From: an uncultured Desulfatitalea sp.
GTDB taxonomy: Bacteria; Desulfobacterota; Desulfobacteria; Desulfobacterales; Desulfosarcinaceae
Direction: 5' to 3'
DNA: 64,000 nt
NCBI GenBank assembly: GCA_963668675.2
Contig: CAXXMB010000002.1
Coordinates: forward strand, 1,632,001-1,696,000
Position 1 is the stretch's first letter. Each line of letters begins with the position of its first letter. The notes beneath the pieces are model-generated. The model saw only the letters and a program-made list of their open reading frames with translations, did no database searches and was not told the DNA's origin. This document shows positions 26,758-37,680 of this stretch, in pieces. Both the position numbers and the translations under genes were made by a program.

Positions 26758-28998
26758 TCAATAATTCAACGTCATCAACAACCCCATCCCCCCGCCCTCC
26801 CCGGATTCAAGAAGTTCCTGATCGTCTCGCCGGGAGAGATCGCCGCCCGCAGTGTCTCGAACCATCTGTATGCACCGCTCCATCTGTTCGACAAACTCCG
26901 GGACGGGGAGCATTTCGCCATAGGTTCGCGTAAAAGAGTATATGCAAACCCCCTCTTTGTCCATCTTCGCGGCAATCTCCGCAGCCCCCTTCAGCACCTG
27001 AATCGTCCGCCGGGCAGTGGCAACGGTGCGCTCCGGGAACAGGTCCCACCACGACACGGCTGTACAATAATAGGTGGTGGGCCGATAGGCCTGCAGTGAA
27101 ATCGAGTCGTCATGAATGGTCGTATACAGCTTGAAGATCTTCTCCATCAATTCCAGCGGCCTGGATTGGGGCAGATCGTCGCGCAGATACCCCATTTGCC
27201 ACTGTATGGCATGCAGCGGTTTGCGAATAACGGCCGGGCGGGCATCGATGGAGCGCTCCGCATCCACAAAGAGCGCATCCTCACTCTTCAGGATGCTCTT
27301 GAGCACCTTGACCGTATTGAGCAGATAGTTGGCCCGTATCCCGGTGGGCGAAACGGAGATGCCGTTGCCGAAAATCGTATCCGCCTGATCCAGCCCCTCA
27401 AAGATCCTCTGTTTGAACTGGTCGGTATCGGTCTCCCCATCGATGGTTCCGTTTCCCTTGCGCAAATATCTCAGGGTGGACATCGCCTGGGCCAGGTAAA
27501 CCACGGCATGTTCGCAATAAAAGTCTTCGGATTGAAAGTCGCAGTTGTGTTGAATGAAGGATGCCTCTTTGTACGCCTGCTCGAACAGCCCGTCGGAGGC
27601 GGCATAGGAGGGGGCATCGACGGCCAGGTTGCGCAGCAGGACCATGCGCAACGTCCGGGCGTTGAGATGGGTCGGATCCAGGCTCAATACGATCCGGAGA
27701 ATCTCGATCGCATCCCAGAACCTTCTCCGGTAGTAGAGCGTCTTGGCAATCTCCAAACCCAACAGGGAGTTGTGCGGAACCCGAAGGAACGTCGAAACGG
27801 CATTGGGTGGATTGTCCTGATCATCTGGCACGGAATCCACCAGTGGGGGCCACACGATCCCGGCAAATCGGGTGGTTGAAGCGATATCGTTTTGAAGCGC
27901 GGTGTCCCGCAGCAGATCCGGAATAAAATCGAAGTAGAGGGTGCTCCATACCCCCACCATCCACCAGATGCTCAACGTCTCGTCATTGAAGAGGGTGATC
28001 TCCGCCGGGTGCGGGCTCAGCAAGGCGCGAATATCGTTGATCAGGACACACTGCCGGGCATAGTCGGTCATGCGGATCACCGGGTCCCCGGGAAGCTTGG
28101 CATTGAGAATGGGCAGCAGATGGTTGTCGATACTGATGAGGCTGCCGGCCGCAATGCCGATGGAGAGAAACCGGTTCTGGGAATAGGAGTCGGACAGCGC
28201 CCAACGGATGGCCATCTGGTGGGCGAGTGACAGTGCACTTCGCAGACACTGGCGATAGGCGAACGGATTGCCGGCCCGCTCTTCTTTGGGAAAATCCACA
28301 TAGAGGGTGGTGATGTCGTGGGCGCGCACCTTCCCCCAGCGACCGTAGGCGAAACGGCCGATGGACTGCTCGATATAGGTCTTGAGCTCTTTCTTGAGCC
28401 AGCCGACAATGTCATGATCGATGACATCGCCGCGACTGTATAGGGCGAAACCGATCCTCACCCCCTCCTTGTAGTCCACCTGCTGCCGCCCGCCCTGACA
28501 GAGCTTGCACAGCGTCTCGAAATTCCATTGGGGACCCAGGTGCGCCCTGTCGTGACCGAGCCAGAAGGCAAAGCTCCTGAGCACATTTTGCTTGTGCGGT
28601 GTGTCGGCCTTCTCCTTCTTCAGGCGCGACAGCATGGAGTTGCTCACTTTGGGCAGCTCGATGCCGTGCTCGGCCAGCAGGGCATTGATGCGATCAGCCA
28701 AGGCACGTGCAGAGAGATTGAGGTCAAGCACCTTCTCCTTTTGATCGAAAAAGGACTCGAAGGTCATCCGGCTTGGCGGGGTGCAAACCTCCTCCGCCCG
28801 TTCGTTTTCGCTGATGAAGTTTTCTAAAAAGGACGGCTCGGCGGCGTCGATGACCCCATTTCGATAGGCAAAGGCAACGATCGTCTCAAGGATCTGGGCG
28901 TTATCGCCGCTCTCGGAAAATAGCCGATAACTGGCCGGTGTCGGAAAGACGGCCAGGAGGGCGGAAAAGGCATCTGTCGTCTTGGGCATGGTACTCAC
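26758..28998 (-). CDS. Hypothetical 746-aa protein: putative HTH, degenerate class III cyclase-like domain, TPR-like helices
   Basis: Long ORF with GGAGG SD; SNSMLSRLKK; LSIGIAAG; TPR-like IAKTLYYRRRFWDAIEILRIVLSLDP. Confidence 0.75.
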   Translation of the reverse strand: MSTMPKTTDAFSALLAVFPTPASYRLFSESGDNAQILETIVAFAYRNGVIDAAEPSFLENFISENERAEEVCTPPSRMTFESFFDQKEKVLDLNLSARALADRINALLAEHGIELPKVSNSMLSRLKKEKADTPHKQNVLRSFAFWLGHDRAHLGPQWNFETLCKLCQGGRQQVDYKEGVRIGFALYSRGDVIDHDIVGWLKKELKTYIEQSIGRFAYGRWGKVRAHDITTLYVDFPKEERAGNPFAYRQCLRSALSLAHQMAIRWALSDSYSQNRFLSIGIAAGSLISIDNHLLPILNAKLPGDPVIRMTDYARQCVLINDIRALLSPHPAEITLFNDETLSIWWMVGVWSTLYFDFIPDLLRDTALQNDIASTTRFAGIVWPPLVDSVPDDQDNPPNAVSTFLRVPHNSLLGLEIAKTLYYRRRFWDAIEILRIVLSLDPTHLNARTLRMVLLRNLAVDAPSYAASDGLFEQAYKEASFIQHNCDFQSEDFYCEHAVVYLAQAMSTLRYLRKGNGTIDGETDTDQFKQRIFEGLDQADTIFGNGISVSPTGIRANYLLNTVKVLKSILKSEDALFVDAERSIDARPAVIRKPLHAIQWQMGYLRDDLPQSRPLELMEKIFKLYTTIHDDSISLQAYRPTTYYCTAVSWWDLFPERTVATARRTIQVLKGAAEIAAKMDKEGVCIYSFTRTYGEMLPVPEFVEQMERCIQMVRDTAGGDLSRRDDQELLESGEGGGMGLLMTLNY

Positions 28999-29089
28999 CT
29001 CCGGAAGGGTGTTTCAAATAGCCGAACCTACTTTTCATAAAATATCGTTAAAAACAATGCAATGTTTTAGCCTAAAACGATAGTTTTTG

Positions 29090-29136
29090 TGAAACACACC
29101 AAATATTTGACAATTGTTTCAATCACAGATTAGGAT
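29090..29136 (+). promoter_or_regulatory. Sigma70 promoter overlapped by an operator-like dyad
   Basis: TTGACA(29107)-N18-TAGGAT; TGAAACA...CAAATATTTG...TGTTTCA dyad at 29090-29121. Confidence 0.5.
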
Positions 29137-29354
29137 TATCACATCGCAGGATGAACAACGACAATGTCGCCAGGGTACCAGGAGATACCGGGGCAAGCAT
29201 CACCTACCCGCTCGAATCGTTACCACTGAACCACAAGCTTGAATTGCAGACAGATACAGAGCACTACGAATCGAAGCAGCCTGTCATGATCGATTTGTCT
29301 TGAGCCACCTGTACCTATCGATAGGGCAAGCTTCACAAACAAAGGAGAGACACC

Positions 29355-32015
29355 ATGGAACAGTACAAACTTTTCATTAACGGTGAGTTTGTCGATGCCG
29401 CCAGCGGCGAGACCTTCGAATCGATCGATCCGGGTACGGGCGCGCCCATCGCCCAGGTGGCCAAAGCCGGGGCAGCCGACGCCGAGGCGGCCATCGATGC
29501 CGCCCGACGGGCCTTCGACAGTGGTGCCTGGAGCGGATTGACCCCGGCCCAGCGGTCCGAAAAAATGAACGCCTTTGCCGACCAGATCACCCAACAGGCC
29601 CTTCGCATGGCCTTGACCGAATCGATGGACTCGGGACAGATCATCGGCCTGGCCAAATACTGGGGCCTGCTCGGCTCGCAGCTCCTGCGCAATTATGCCC
29701 ACTATGCAGCCACCAAGTTCCCCTGGAAAGAGGAGATCCCCTATGCGGGCAATGTCTTCGCCCCGGGCCGCGACTTTATCCGCCGGGAGCCGATCGGCGT
29801 CTGCGTGGGCATCATTCCCTGGAACTTTCCCATGAGCATGGCTTTCTGGAAGATCGGCCAGGCCATTGCCATGGGCAACACCATCGTTCTCAAGCCGGCC
29901 ACCTCGACCCCCCTGGGGGCCCTGATCATCGCCGAAGCGGCCAAGGCCGCCGGCATTCCCGACGGCGTGGTCAACGTGATCGCCGGTCCGGGCGGCGAGC
30001 TGGGCAAGACCCTCTGCACCCACAAATCGGTAGACAAGATCGCCTTTACCGGCAGCACCGAGGTGGGCCGCATGATCATGAAGATGGCCGCCGATACGGT
30101 GAAAAAAGTGACCCTCGAACTGGGCGGCAAATCGGCCAACATCATCTGTGAAGACGCCGATATCGATCTGGCCGTCGAGGGGGCCCTCTTCGGCACCTTC
30201 TTCCACCAGGGCCAGGTGTGCGAGTCGGGCACCCGCGTGCTGGTCTCCTCCAAAATTTACGGCGAGTTCATGGACAAAATGAAAACGCGCGCCGAACAGC
30301 TCAGGGTCGGCTATCAGCTGGAACCCACCTCCCAACAGGGGCCGCTGGTCAACGCCACCCAACTGGCCACGGTGGAACGCTACGTAAAACTCGGCCAGGA
30401 GGAGGGCGCCGAACTGATCACCGGCGGCCAGAGGGCCCAGGTGGAAGGTCTGGACGGCGGCTTTTACTACAAACCCACCATCTTCGCCAGTGTCAAAAAC
30501 AGCATGCGCATCGCCCAGGAGGAGATCTTCGGTCCGGTGGTGTGCGTCCTCAAATACGACAGCGAAGAAGAGGCCATCGATCTGGCCAACGACTCGATCT
30601 ACGGGTTAGCCGGCGGCGTCTTCTCCCGCAGCAACGCGCGGGCCCAACGCATCGCCGATCAAATCAAGACCGGCACCATGTGGGTCAACAACTACCACTC
30701 GTTCGGAGACTTCTGCCCGTTCGGCGGTTACAAGCAGTCGGGCGTGGGACGCGAACTGGGACACGAGGGGCTGGCCGAATACACCCAGGTCAAACGCATC
30801 CATGTGCCGGCCAGCGCCGACCATGCCAGCAACTTCACCATGAAGCTCTTCTCCGACGACCCCAAAATCCCCTTTGTGCAGTACATGACCCCAACGCTGA
30901 TCCTGGCCGGCCACGGCAGCCTCTCGTCGATCTACCGAGAGGTGGTGCGCCTGGAAGGCAGCCGGGCATTGATCCTCACCGACGCAGGCGTACAAAAGGC
31001 CGGATTGGTTGACCGCGTGAAGGAGGCGATGGGTGAATTTTGCGTCGGCGTCTTCGATGACATCGCCCAGGATACCGACCTTGCCATCGTGGACCGCGCC
31101 GTGGCATTCGCCCGTGAAAAGGGTGCCGATCTCATCGTCAGTGTCGGCGGCGGCAGCGTCATCGACACGGCCAAAGCGGTCTGCGTCACCTTGAAAAACG
31201 GCGGAAAGGCAGACGACCACTTGGCCCTCATGCGCCTGACCGAACCCCAGATACCCCACATCGTCATCCCGACGACATCAGGTACCGGCAGCGAGGTGAC
31301 CAACGTGGCCGTCATCAAAAGTGGCAGCGCCGGCCGCAAGGTCTACATCGTCGACGCCTTCATCACCCCAAATACGGCGATCCTGGATCCCCAGTTCACC
31401 ATGACCTTGCCCCCCGGTCTGACCGCCTCCACGGCCATGGACGCCATGACCCATGCGGTGGAAGCCCTCACCAGTACCATGTCCAACCCGATCTGCGACG
31501 GCCACGCCCTGCAGGCCATCCGCCTGATCGGAGAGAACCTGCCCAAGGCCATCGCCAACGGCAATGACGAAAAGGCGCGCACCAACCTGCAGCTTGCGGC
31601 TACCATGGCCGGTTGGGCCTTCGGCATCGCCCAGGTGGGCCTTGCCCACTCGATGGCCCACACCATAGGCATGCTGGCCAACGTGCCCCACGGCGCGGCC
31701 TGCGGTATCGTTTTGCCGGCAGTAATGCGCTACAACGTGGACTTCGCCACCGACAAACTGGCCCTGGTCGCCCAGGCGCTGGGCGTGAGCATTGGCAGCC
31801 TGGATAAAAAGGATGCCGCCAACGCCGCTGCCGATGCGGTGGAGAGGCTGATGAAGGAGAACGGCCATCCGATGCGGCTGAGCGAAGTGGGCGTCACCGA
31901 AGAGGCACTGGCACTGGCGCCTTTCCACGCCATCGCCGATACGCCGACCCTCTTCAACGCCCGCCCGGTTTCCGATCCCAACGACATTGCGGAGTTGTAC
32001 AAGCAAGTGTTTTAG
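29355..32015 (+). CDS. Fusion of a non-acylating NAD(P)+ aldehyde dehydrogenase and an iron-containing alcohol dehydrogenase
   Basis: PWNFP, FTGSTEVG, LELGGKS, GQVCESG, EEIFGPV, FGGYKQSG; then GGGSVID, PTTSGTGSE, DAMTH, HSMAH, VPHG. Confidence 0.95.
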   Translation: MEQYKLFINGEFVDAASGETFESIDPGTGAPIAQVAKAGAADAEAAIDAARRAFDSGAWSGLTPAQRSEKMNAFADQITQQALRMALTESMDSGQIIGLAKYWGLLGSQLLRNYAHYAATKFPWKEEIPYAGNVFAPGRDFIRREPIGVCVGIIPWNFPMSMAFWKIGQAIAMGNTIVLKPATSTPLGALIIAEAAKAAGIPDGVVNVIAGPGGELGKTLCTHKSVDKIAFTGSTEVGRMIMKMAADTVKKVTLELGGKSANIICEDADIDLAVEGALFGTFFHQGQVCESGTRVLVSSKIYGEFMDKMKTRAEQLRVGYQLEPTSQQGPLVNATQLATVERYVKLGQEEGAELITGGQRAQVEGLDGGFYYKPTIFASVKNSMRIAQEEIFGPVVCVLKYDSEEEAIDLANDSIYGLAGGVFSRSNARAQRIADQIKTGTMWVNNYHSFGDFCPFGGYKQSGVGRELGHEGLAEYTQVKRIHVPASADHASNFTMKLFSDDPKIPFVQYMTPTLILAGHGSLSSIYREVVRLEGSRALILTDAGVQKAGLVDRVKEAMGEFCVGVFDDIAQDTDLAIVDRAVAFAREKGADLIVSVGGGSVIDTAKAVCVTLKNGGKADDHLALMRLTEPQIPHIVIPTTSGTGSEVTNVAVIKSGSAGRKVYIVDAFITPNTAILDPQFTMTLPPGLTASTAMDAMTHAVEALTSTMSNPICDGHALQAIRLIGENLPKAIANGNDEKARTNLQLAATMAGWAFGIAQVGLAHSMAHTIGMLANVPHGAACGIVLPAVMRYNVDFATDKLALVAQALGVSIGSLDKKDAANAAADAVERLMKENGHPMRLSEVGVTEEALALAPFHAIADTPTLFNARPVSDPNDIAELYKQVF

Positions 32016-32041
32016 ACGCCGACTTTAAAATACTTCTCGTC

Positions 32042-32076
32042 AAAAAACAAAGGGCGCCCTCAGACTGGGCGCCCTT
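32042..32076. terminator. Intrinsic terminator between convergent genes
   Basis: AAGGGCGCCC-TCAGACT-GGGCGCCCTT with an adjacent A-tract (U-tract on the minus strand). Confidence 0.75.
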
Positions 32077-34243
32077 AACCTTCAGCCTCCTGCTCCCACT
32101 GAACGATTCGATTGCGTCCCTGTGCTTTGGCCATGTAAAGCGCCTTGTCCGCCTGCTCGATCAGCGTCTTGCCCGGAGCGTTGCTCTCCGGCACCATTGC
32201 GGCCACACCGTAACTGAGAGAGATGTATTGCCCCACGGTTGACGACGGATGGACTATCTTGAGCTCCTCGATGGCGGCTTTGACCTCCCCGGCAACACGA
32301 GCCGCACCCTGAAGGTCGGTGTTGGGCAGCACAAGGGCGAACTCTTCACCGCCATAGCGCGCCACCAGATCCATGGGGCGCTTGAGGATACCGCTGATGG
32401 CCTGGGCTACGGCGCGTAAGGTTTCGTCGCCCTGCACATGTCCATAGGTGTCATTGTAGAGCTTGAAAAAGTCGATATCACATAGCATGACAGAAAGGTA
32501 AGTGCCGTCCCGCCTTGCCCTGCGCCACTCTTCGGCCAGCCGTTCATCGAATCGGCGACGGTTGGCAATCTGGGTTAAATCATCGAGGGCGGCCAGCCGT
32601 TGAAGCTCCTCGTTGGCCTTCTGCAGCGCCAGCTCGACCTGTTTGTACTTGCTGATATCGATCAGCGTGCCGAGGATGCGCAGCGCCGACCCCTTGTCGT
32701 CGCGCTCCACCGTCCGCCCGCGCACCTGTACCCAGCGCCACTGGCCATCCTGTCCCAGCATGCGCAGTTCGACTTGAAAGGCCTCGTTTCCCCCTGTCGT
32801 CAGCTTCTCGAACGTCTCCTTCAGAAAAGCCGCATCCTCGGGGTGCGCCAAGGTGGTCCAGGTCTCCATACTGGAGGGCAATTCGCCTAACTGGTAGCCG
32901 AGCATGGCAAACCATCTCGGACTGAAGTAGATCTGCTCGACCTTGGGCAGATAGTCCCACAACCCCTCATCGGCGGAATCCATGGCGAGATTCAGGCGGC
33001 GTTCGTTTAGGTTCATAGCCTGCTCGGTACGCTTGCGCAGGAGCGCCTCCACGAAGATCCCGGTCAATGTCTCGATATCGTACCGATCCACCAGGGCGTA
33101 CCCCTTCGGGTTGTTGGCCAGAGCGATAAACCCGGACACCCCTGTATCCTTGGGCAGCGGCACGGCCAGCATCGTTTTGACCTCCGGGTAGCCTTCGGGG
33201 AAAGGTCGCCAGTCCTGCTGGAGATGACCGGGCTCAACCATGACCGGCTCACCCTCATGGGCCATCTTTCGCCAAAGCTCGTTGAAGAGAAACTTCTCTT
33301 CTTGCTGAACCTGAATCGTCTTTTGGTCGTCCTCTGCATCGAAAGCCACCACCTGCCAGTGGTTCTCCTGCTTTTCGACCATGAATGCAAACGGACTGGC
33401 CGTCAGGGATTGGGCGGCCTGCAGGTAGGTGCTGGCCAGGGCGTGTTCACTGCGATCGGTCAAGGTCTGCTGAAGCACCCGGTTGATGGCATCCAGCAGC
33501 TTGGACTTTCGCTCCGTCTGCTCTTCGGCCAGATCGCGCTCCAGCACTTCGAGCTGAAGGCGCTTGTTCGCATAGATCAAATCGGTCGTCCGCTCCTGCA
33601 CCAGCCGTTCCAGATCTGTCTTGTACTCGTCCAGTTCACTCTCGAGTCGCTGCAGCTTTGAGACGTCCCTGGAAAGGACGAGATTGTGGTAGCCCAGCAG
33701 GGCAATCTGTTCGGCCAGGTTGTTGATCCATGCCAGCACTTTTCTAAACTCCGTCTCGCTGCCTTGCGGGCACTGTTTCAACGTCTCCCAAAGTGTTGCG
33801 GCATCCAGCCCCAGTTTCGTCGCGTGCGCCTCGACCGATGCCTCGTCTAACAGTTCAACGCATACTTTGCTGATCCACCAATTGGCCAGATGTCGTTCCC
33901 GAACGATGATCGGAACGGCAGCCTTAATCACCCCTAGTGGCTCGCACTGTTGAAAGGATGGTTTTCTATCTCTCTTGACCCTTGCAGCAACGGACGTGAA
34001 GCGCTGGAGACAATTTTCTGCGCCCTGCTCATTCTGGCGGATAAGACTGCAAGCAGGCCGTTCGCCGCTGGTCATGGTAAGGGGATTTCCGTCGGGATCG
34101 GTAATGACCGACTCCACACCGCTGATCTCTGCGAGGGCATCCTGCAGCTGTTGCAGCTCTTCCAGAGGAATCAGGTCCAGCAGCGAAATACCGTCTGGAA
34201 ATGATCTCTCATCCATTCCACGATTATACGAACGTCCATCCAT
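32075..34243 (-). CDS. Diguanylate cyclase with PocR, GAF and PAS domains
   Basis: PocR-like N-terminus (LQQLQDA..ITDPDG..C..IR..C); PAS; RPMD I-site and RYGGEEF. Confidence 0.95.
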   Translation of the reverse strand: MDGRSYNRGMDERSFPDGISLLDLIPLEELQQLQDALAEISGVESVITDPDGNPLTMTSGERPACSLIRQNEQGAENCLQRFTSVAARVKRDRKPSFQQCEPLGVIKAAVPIIVRERHLANWWISKVCVELLDEASVEAHATKLGLDAATLWETLKQCPQGSETEFRKVLAWINNLAEQIALLGYHNLVLSRDVSKLQRLESELDEYKTDLERLVQERTTDLIYANKRLQLEVLERDLAEEQTERKSKLLDAINRVLQQTLTDRSEHALASTYLQAAQSLTASPFAFMVEKQENHWQVVAFDAEDDQKTIQVQQEEKFLFNELWRKMAHEGEPVMVEPGHLQQDWRPFPEGYPEVKTMLAVPLPKDTGVSGFIALANNPKGYALVDRYDIETLTGIFVEALLRKRTEQAMNLNERRLNLAMDSADEGLWDYLPKVEQIYFSPRWFAMLGYQLGELPSSMETWTTLAHPEDAAFLKETFEKLTTGGNEAFQVELRMLGQDGQWRWVQVRGRTVERDDKGSALRILGTLIDISKYKQVELALQKANEELQRLAALDDLTQIANRRRFDERLAEEWRRARRDGTYLSVMLCDIDFFKLYNDTYGHVQGDETLRAVAQAISGILKRPMDLVARYGGEEFALVLPNTDLQGAARVAGEVKAAIEELKIVHPSSTVGQYISLSYGVAAMVPESNAPGKTLIEQADKALYMAKAQGRNRIVQWEQEAEG

Positions 34244-35097
34244 TCGAGTCGTTCCCGACAGCCAGGGTGGGTGGTGCCATGGCGCAGCCCTTCCTCCGGC
34301 CGCGTCGGTTCAACGCAAACGCCATTACAGCCCGGGAGAGTGGCCCCCCGGCATGCCGGCAGACTGCCTGCACAATACAGGGAAATCCACTGATATATTA
34401 GGCTCTATTTACGGAATCAGCCGCCGTTCACCCCATGTGCCGGCAACATCTTCCACCACCCCTACGCAACAAAAAAACCGGATCGCCGCCAGGCAACCCG
34501 GTAATGGAATAGCTTCTATTCCAGGCAGCCCGGCCATCCGCCAAAGCGGATCCGAAACTTTCCGTCCCCCGGTTACCCGAAGTTTGGCTTTTCTGGTGAT
34601 CGATCTGAGTATCTATGGCCATATCCATTGCAATGATGACGCCAAAACCAATTCAACCGGCCAAAAAATACCTAACTTTCTCAATTCATGACTTTAAACT
34701 GCGAACCGTGCGGTACACGCCTTAAAATGGTGTCGGCAAATTATGTAACCGACTACCCAATGACAATGAAATCTCTTTCCCACTTGCCCCCCTCTATACC
34801 ACACAGTGGTCGCTTTCCCAAACTGTCACTCCATCAGGAACCTATCTCACTAATATACTACCGTAATTATTCAAAGGAATCACCCTTCCCGCTTGACACC
34901 GGTTGGGCAACTCTTTATATATGGAGGGCGTTTGATCGCTGATCAAAATTAAAGTTTTATCAAAAATATCCGATAGGTGAGTTGTTATATAGGTGATGCG
35001 TGCGGACACGGGACCGATGACGAGCAGGGAAGAACTGGTATGGGCTTTGCTTGCCTCAACACGGACCCGACATCTTCCGAAGCGAAAGGAGCTCCAC

Positions 35098-35721
35098 ATG
35101 GTGTTTAAACGATGGGCGGTCGCCCTGATTATATGGTGCCTGTCGGTCGGCACGGTCGTGGCAAGCAATACGGTGCCGACGCCGCTTAACACGATCAAGG
35201 AGCGGATCGACCAGATCATCACCGTTCTGAACGACCCACAATACCAGACGCCCGGCCAGAGGGGGCCTCAAAGAGAAAAGATATGGGAGATATCCCATCC
35301 GATGTTCGACTTTGAGGAGATCAGCCGCCGGACAGTGGGGCCCAAATGGAAAACGTTTTCTGAAGAGGAGAAGGTAAAATTCACCGACGTCTTTTCGGCG
35401 TTTCTCAGCAACACCTATATCGACAAGATGCAGGGAGAGTACCATAACGAACATATTGTCTACCTCAAAGAGCTCGTCAAGGAGCCGCTCGCACTGGTTC
35501 GGACCAAGCTGGTTCGGGAAACTGTCGAGATCCCGATCGATTACCGGTTGAGACTTGATGGCAGTCAATGGAAAATCTACGATATTCTGGTGGAAAACGG
35601 GGTCAGCCTGGTTCAAAACTACCGCGTGCAGTTCCGGTCTATCCTTGAGAAGGAGACACCCGCCGAACTGATCCAGCGACTGGAAGTCAAACTGAAAACA
35701 CAAAATCAAGCCGCGCAGTAG
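35098..35721 (+). CDS. mlaC: MlaC/Ttg2D phospholipid-binding protein
   Basis: Signal peptide; FDFEEISRRTVG..W, IDYRL, WKIYDI.VENGVSLVQNYRVQF. Confidence 0.9.
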   Translation: MVFKRWAVALIIWCLSVGTVVASNTVPTPLNTIKERIDQIITVLNDPQYQTPGQRGPQREKIWEISHPMFDFEEISRRTVGPKWKTFSEEEKVKFTDVFSAFLSNTYIDKMQGEYHNEHIVYLKELVKEPLALVRTKLVRETVEIPIDYRLRLDGSQWKIYDILVENGVSLVQNYRVQFRSILEKETPAELIQRLEVKLKTQNQAAQ

Positions 35722-35762
35722 CCGCCACTTCTGCCCTGTGATAGGAATCGAACCGCCCTGAC

Positions 35763-36620
35763 ATGAACAAACCGCCACATATCAGCGCCACACTGATGGT
35801 TGTCGTACTTCTCCTCCTCATCGGATGCGCCGGAGCCAAAAAATCGAGCCGTCTCGATTCGGAGATGCAGCCACCGGAGTACACCCAACCCTCATCATCA
35901 GCATCCGCTGACGACTCGGATGCAGACAACACTCAGAAGAGCGAACTGAGCGATGAGGAGTTGCTGCTTCTGGACGATGACCTGGGCTGGGACGAAGAAT
36001 CGGCCGAAGAGATTTACACGGTGGCCGACCCCCTTGAACCGTTCAACCGGGCCATGTTCATTTTTAACGACAAGCTCTACGTCTGGGTCATGATACCGGT
36101 TGCCAAAGGGTACAGCAAGGTGGTGGAACCTCAAATCCGAACGGGTGTGAAGAACTTCTTCTTCAACATCACCGCTCCGATACGGATCATCAACAACATC
36201 CTGCAGGGCAAAGGGCAGGCCGCCGAAGCGGAGATCGCCAGATTTCTCTACAACTCGACCGTCGGCGTGCTTGGATTCGGCAATCCGGCGGGAAAAAATG
36301 CCGGCCTTAATCCCGACCCGGAAGATTTCGGCCAGACACTGGGCCGCTACGGCATAGGAGATGGCTTCTATCTCTACCTGCCCTTTCTGGGCCCCTCTAC
36401 ACTGCGCGATACGGTGGGCATGGTGGGTGACCGCTGGATCAGCCCACTCGGTTTCGTCGAGCCATGGGAAGTATCGCTGGGCGTCACCGGCTACAATATC
36501 CTGAACAATCTCTCCTTCCGAACCGACGACTACGAAGCACTCAAAGAAGCCGCCCTCGATCCCTACGAGGCCTTCCGCAATGCCTACGTTCAGTTGAGGC
36601 AATCGAAAATCAGAAGATAG
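35763..36620 (+). CDS. mlaA: MlaA/VacJ lipoprotein
   Basis: Lipobox LIGC; DPLEPFNRAMF, EDFGQTLG.YG, LPFLGPSTLRD, DPYEAFRNAY. Confidence 0.93.
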   Translation: MNKPPHISATLMVVVLLLLIGCAGAKKSSRLDSEMQPPEYTQPSSSASADDSDADNTQKSELSDEELLLLDDDLGWDEESAEEIYTVADPLEPFNRAMFIFNDKLYVWVMIPVAKGYSKVVEPQIRTGVKNFFFNITAPIRIINNILQGKGQAAEAEIARFLYNSTVGVLGFGNPAGKNAGLNPDPEDFGQTLGRYGIGDGFYLYLPFLGPSTLRDTVGMVGDRWISPLGFVEPWEVSLGVTGYNILNNLSFRTDDYEALKEAALDPYEAFRNAYVQLRQSKIRR

Positions 36621-37680
36621 TGGATCTGAACCTGAACCGCACCGACACCGGCAGTCCATGAATCCACTGAATGTCCGGCAGCGGTTCAATCAGGTCCAAT
36701 CGCACCATCAGCATCATATCCCGCGATCCAATGGGAGAGGTCAAATCAGACGGCAGTCTTCGGGCCAGGCCGGCATCTTCGCGCACAACCGCCTCAAGGC
36801 GTGTCCCGTCGGAAAACTTGACCACCGCCTCCGCGCCTTTACGCGCATAATCGGCATATTTGGGTTCAAGATACGCCTCCACATATGGTGTTTCCGCTCG
36901 GCCAAGCAGCAGGATCGGTACGCCGTTGGACAGGGACTCGCCTTCCCGGGCCAGTACATCCAACACCCGGCCGGCAAACGGTGAGGTTTGAACCAATCGC
37001 TCCTGATCCCGTTCCAGTGATTCAATCTGAGCTTCGATTCTCTTCCGCGCCACCTCACGAGAGCGATCGCCATTGGCGGCTGTTTGACCGCTTCCATCGG
37101 TTAAGCGCCTGTAGTCGTAAAGGGCCTCGTCATATTCAATCTGAGTCCGGTTGCGGCGCTCCCTGGCCAGATTCAACTCCGCCACCGTAGCCGCCCCTTG
37201 TCCAAAGAGAAAATCCACATTGTTATGGTACGCTTTGGCCACCGATACGTTTTCTTCAGCCAAGGCAACTCTTCTTTTCAGCAGATCGACCTGGGCGGAC
37301 CCGGCCATCAACTCTTCCGGCGACAGAGCGCTCAATTCTGCACGGCGCAGCATCATTTGAGACACCAGATGCGGATTGAACAAACGAACCACTGTTTCCC
37401 CGGCTCCAATATCCTGACCGACCTGCACATACACATGATCGACGACCCCGTCGGCCTTGCTGTTGATCTCGACCTGATCCATGGTGATATAGCCCGGTGC
37501 AGCGACAATCATCCAAGCCAAACCCAGCTTGATCAGGAAGTAAATCAACGGACTGGAGACCAGCAGAAGAATGATATACCAGCGCAGCTTGGCCGCGTGC
37601 CGTTTGGCCGGTGCATAGGGCACCTTCATGCCGTGGACGACAGTGGGATCTTTCTCTTTTCGTAAAAAACTTACTTTCAT
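36610..37680 (-). CDS. HlyD-family membrane fusion protein
   Basis: Single N-terminal TM, lipoyl half-motifs (DGVVDHVYVQVGQ; SPFAGRV) around a coiled coil. Confidence 0.85.
   Translation of the reverse strand: MKVSFLRKEKDPTVVHGMKVPYAPAKRHAAKLRWYIILLLVSSPLIYFLIKLGLAWMIVAAPGYITMDQVEINSKADGVVDHVYVQVGQDIGAGETVVRLFNPHLVSQMMLRRAELSALSPEELMAGSAQVDLLKRRVALAEENVSVAKAYHNNVDFLFGQGAATVAELNLARERRNRTQIEYDEALYDYRRLTDGSGQTAANGDRSREVARKRIEAQIESLERDQERLVQTSPFAGRVLDVLAREGESLSNGVPILLLGRAETPYVEAYLEPKYADYARKGAEAVVKFSDGTRLEAVVREDAGLARRLPSDLTSPIGSRDMMLMVRLDLIEPLPDIQWIHGLPVSVRFRFRSTIF

Noticed and set aside
29220..32006. Minus-strand ORFs of 380, 217 and 242 aa
   Set aside because: Antisense to the ALDH-ADH gene; typical codon-bias shadows
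29355..32015. adhE gene symbol
   Set aside because: The ALDH half has non-acylating family motifs
33975..34942. ORFs in the DGC-mlaC intergenic region
   Set aside because: Partly antisense to the DGC, low-complexity products, no motifs
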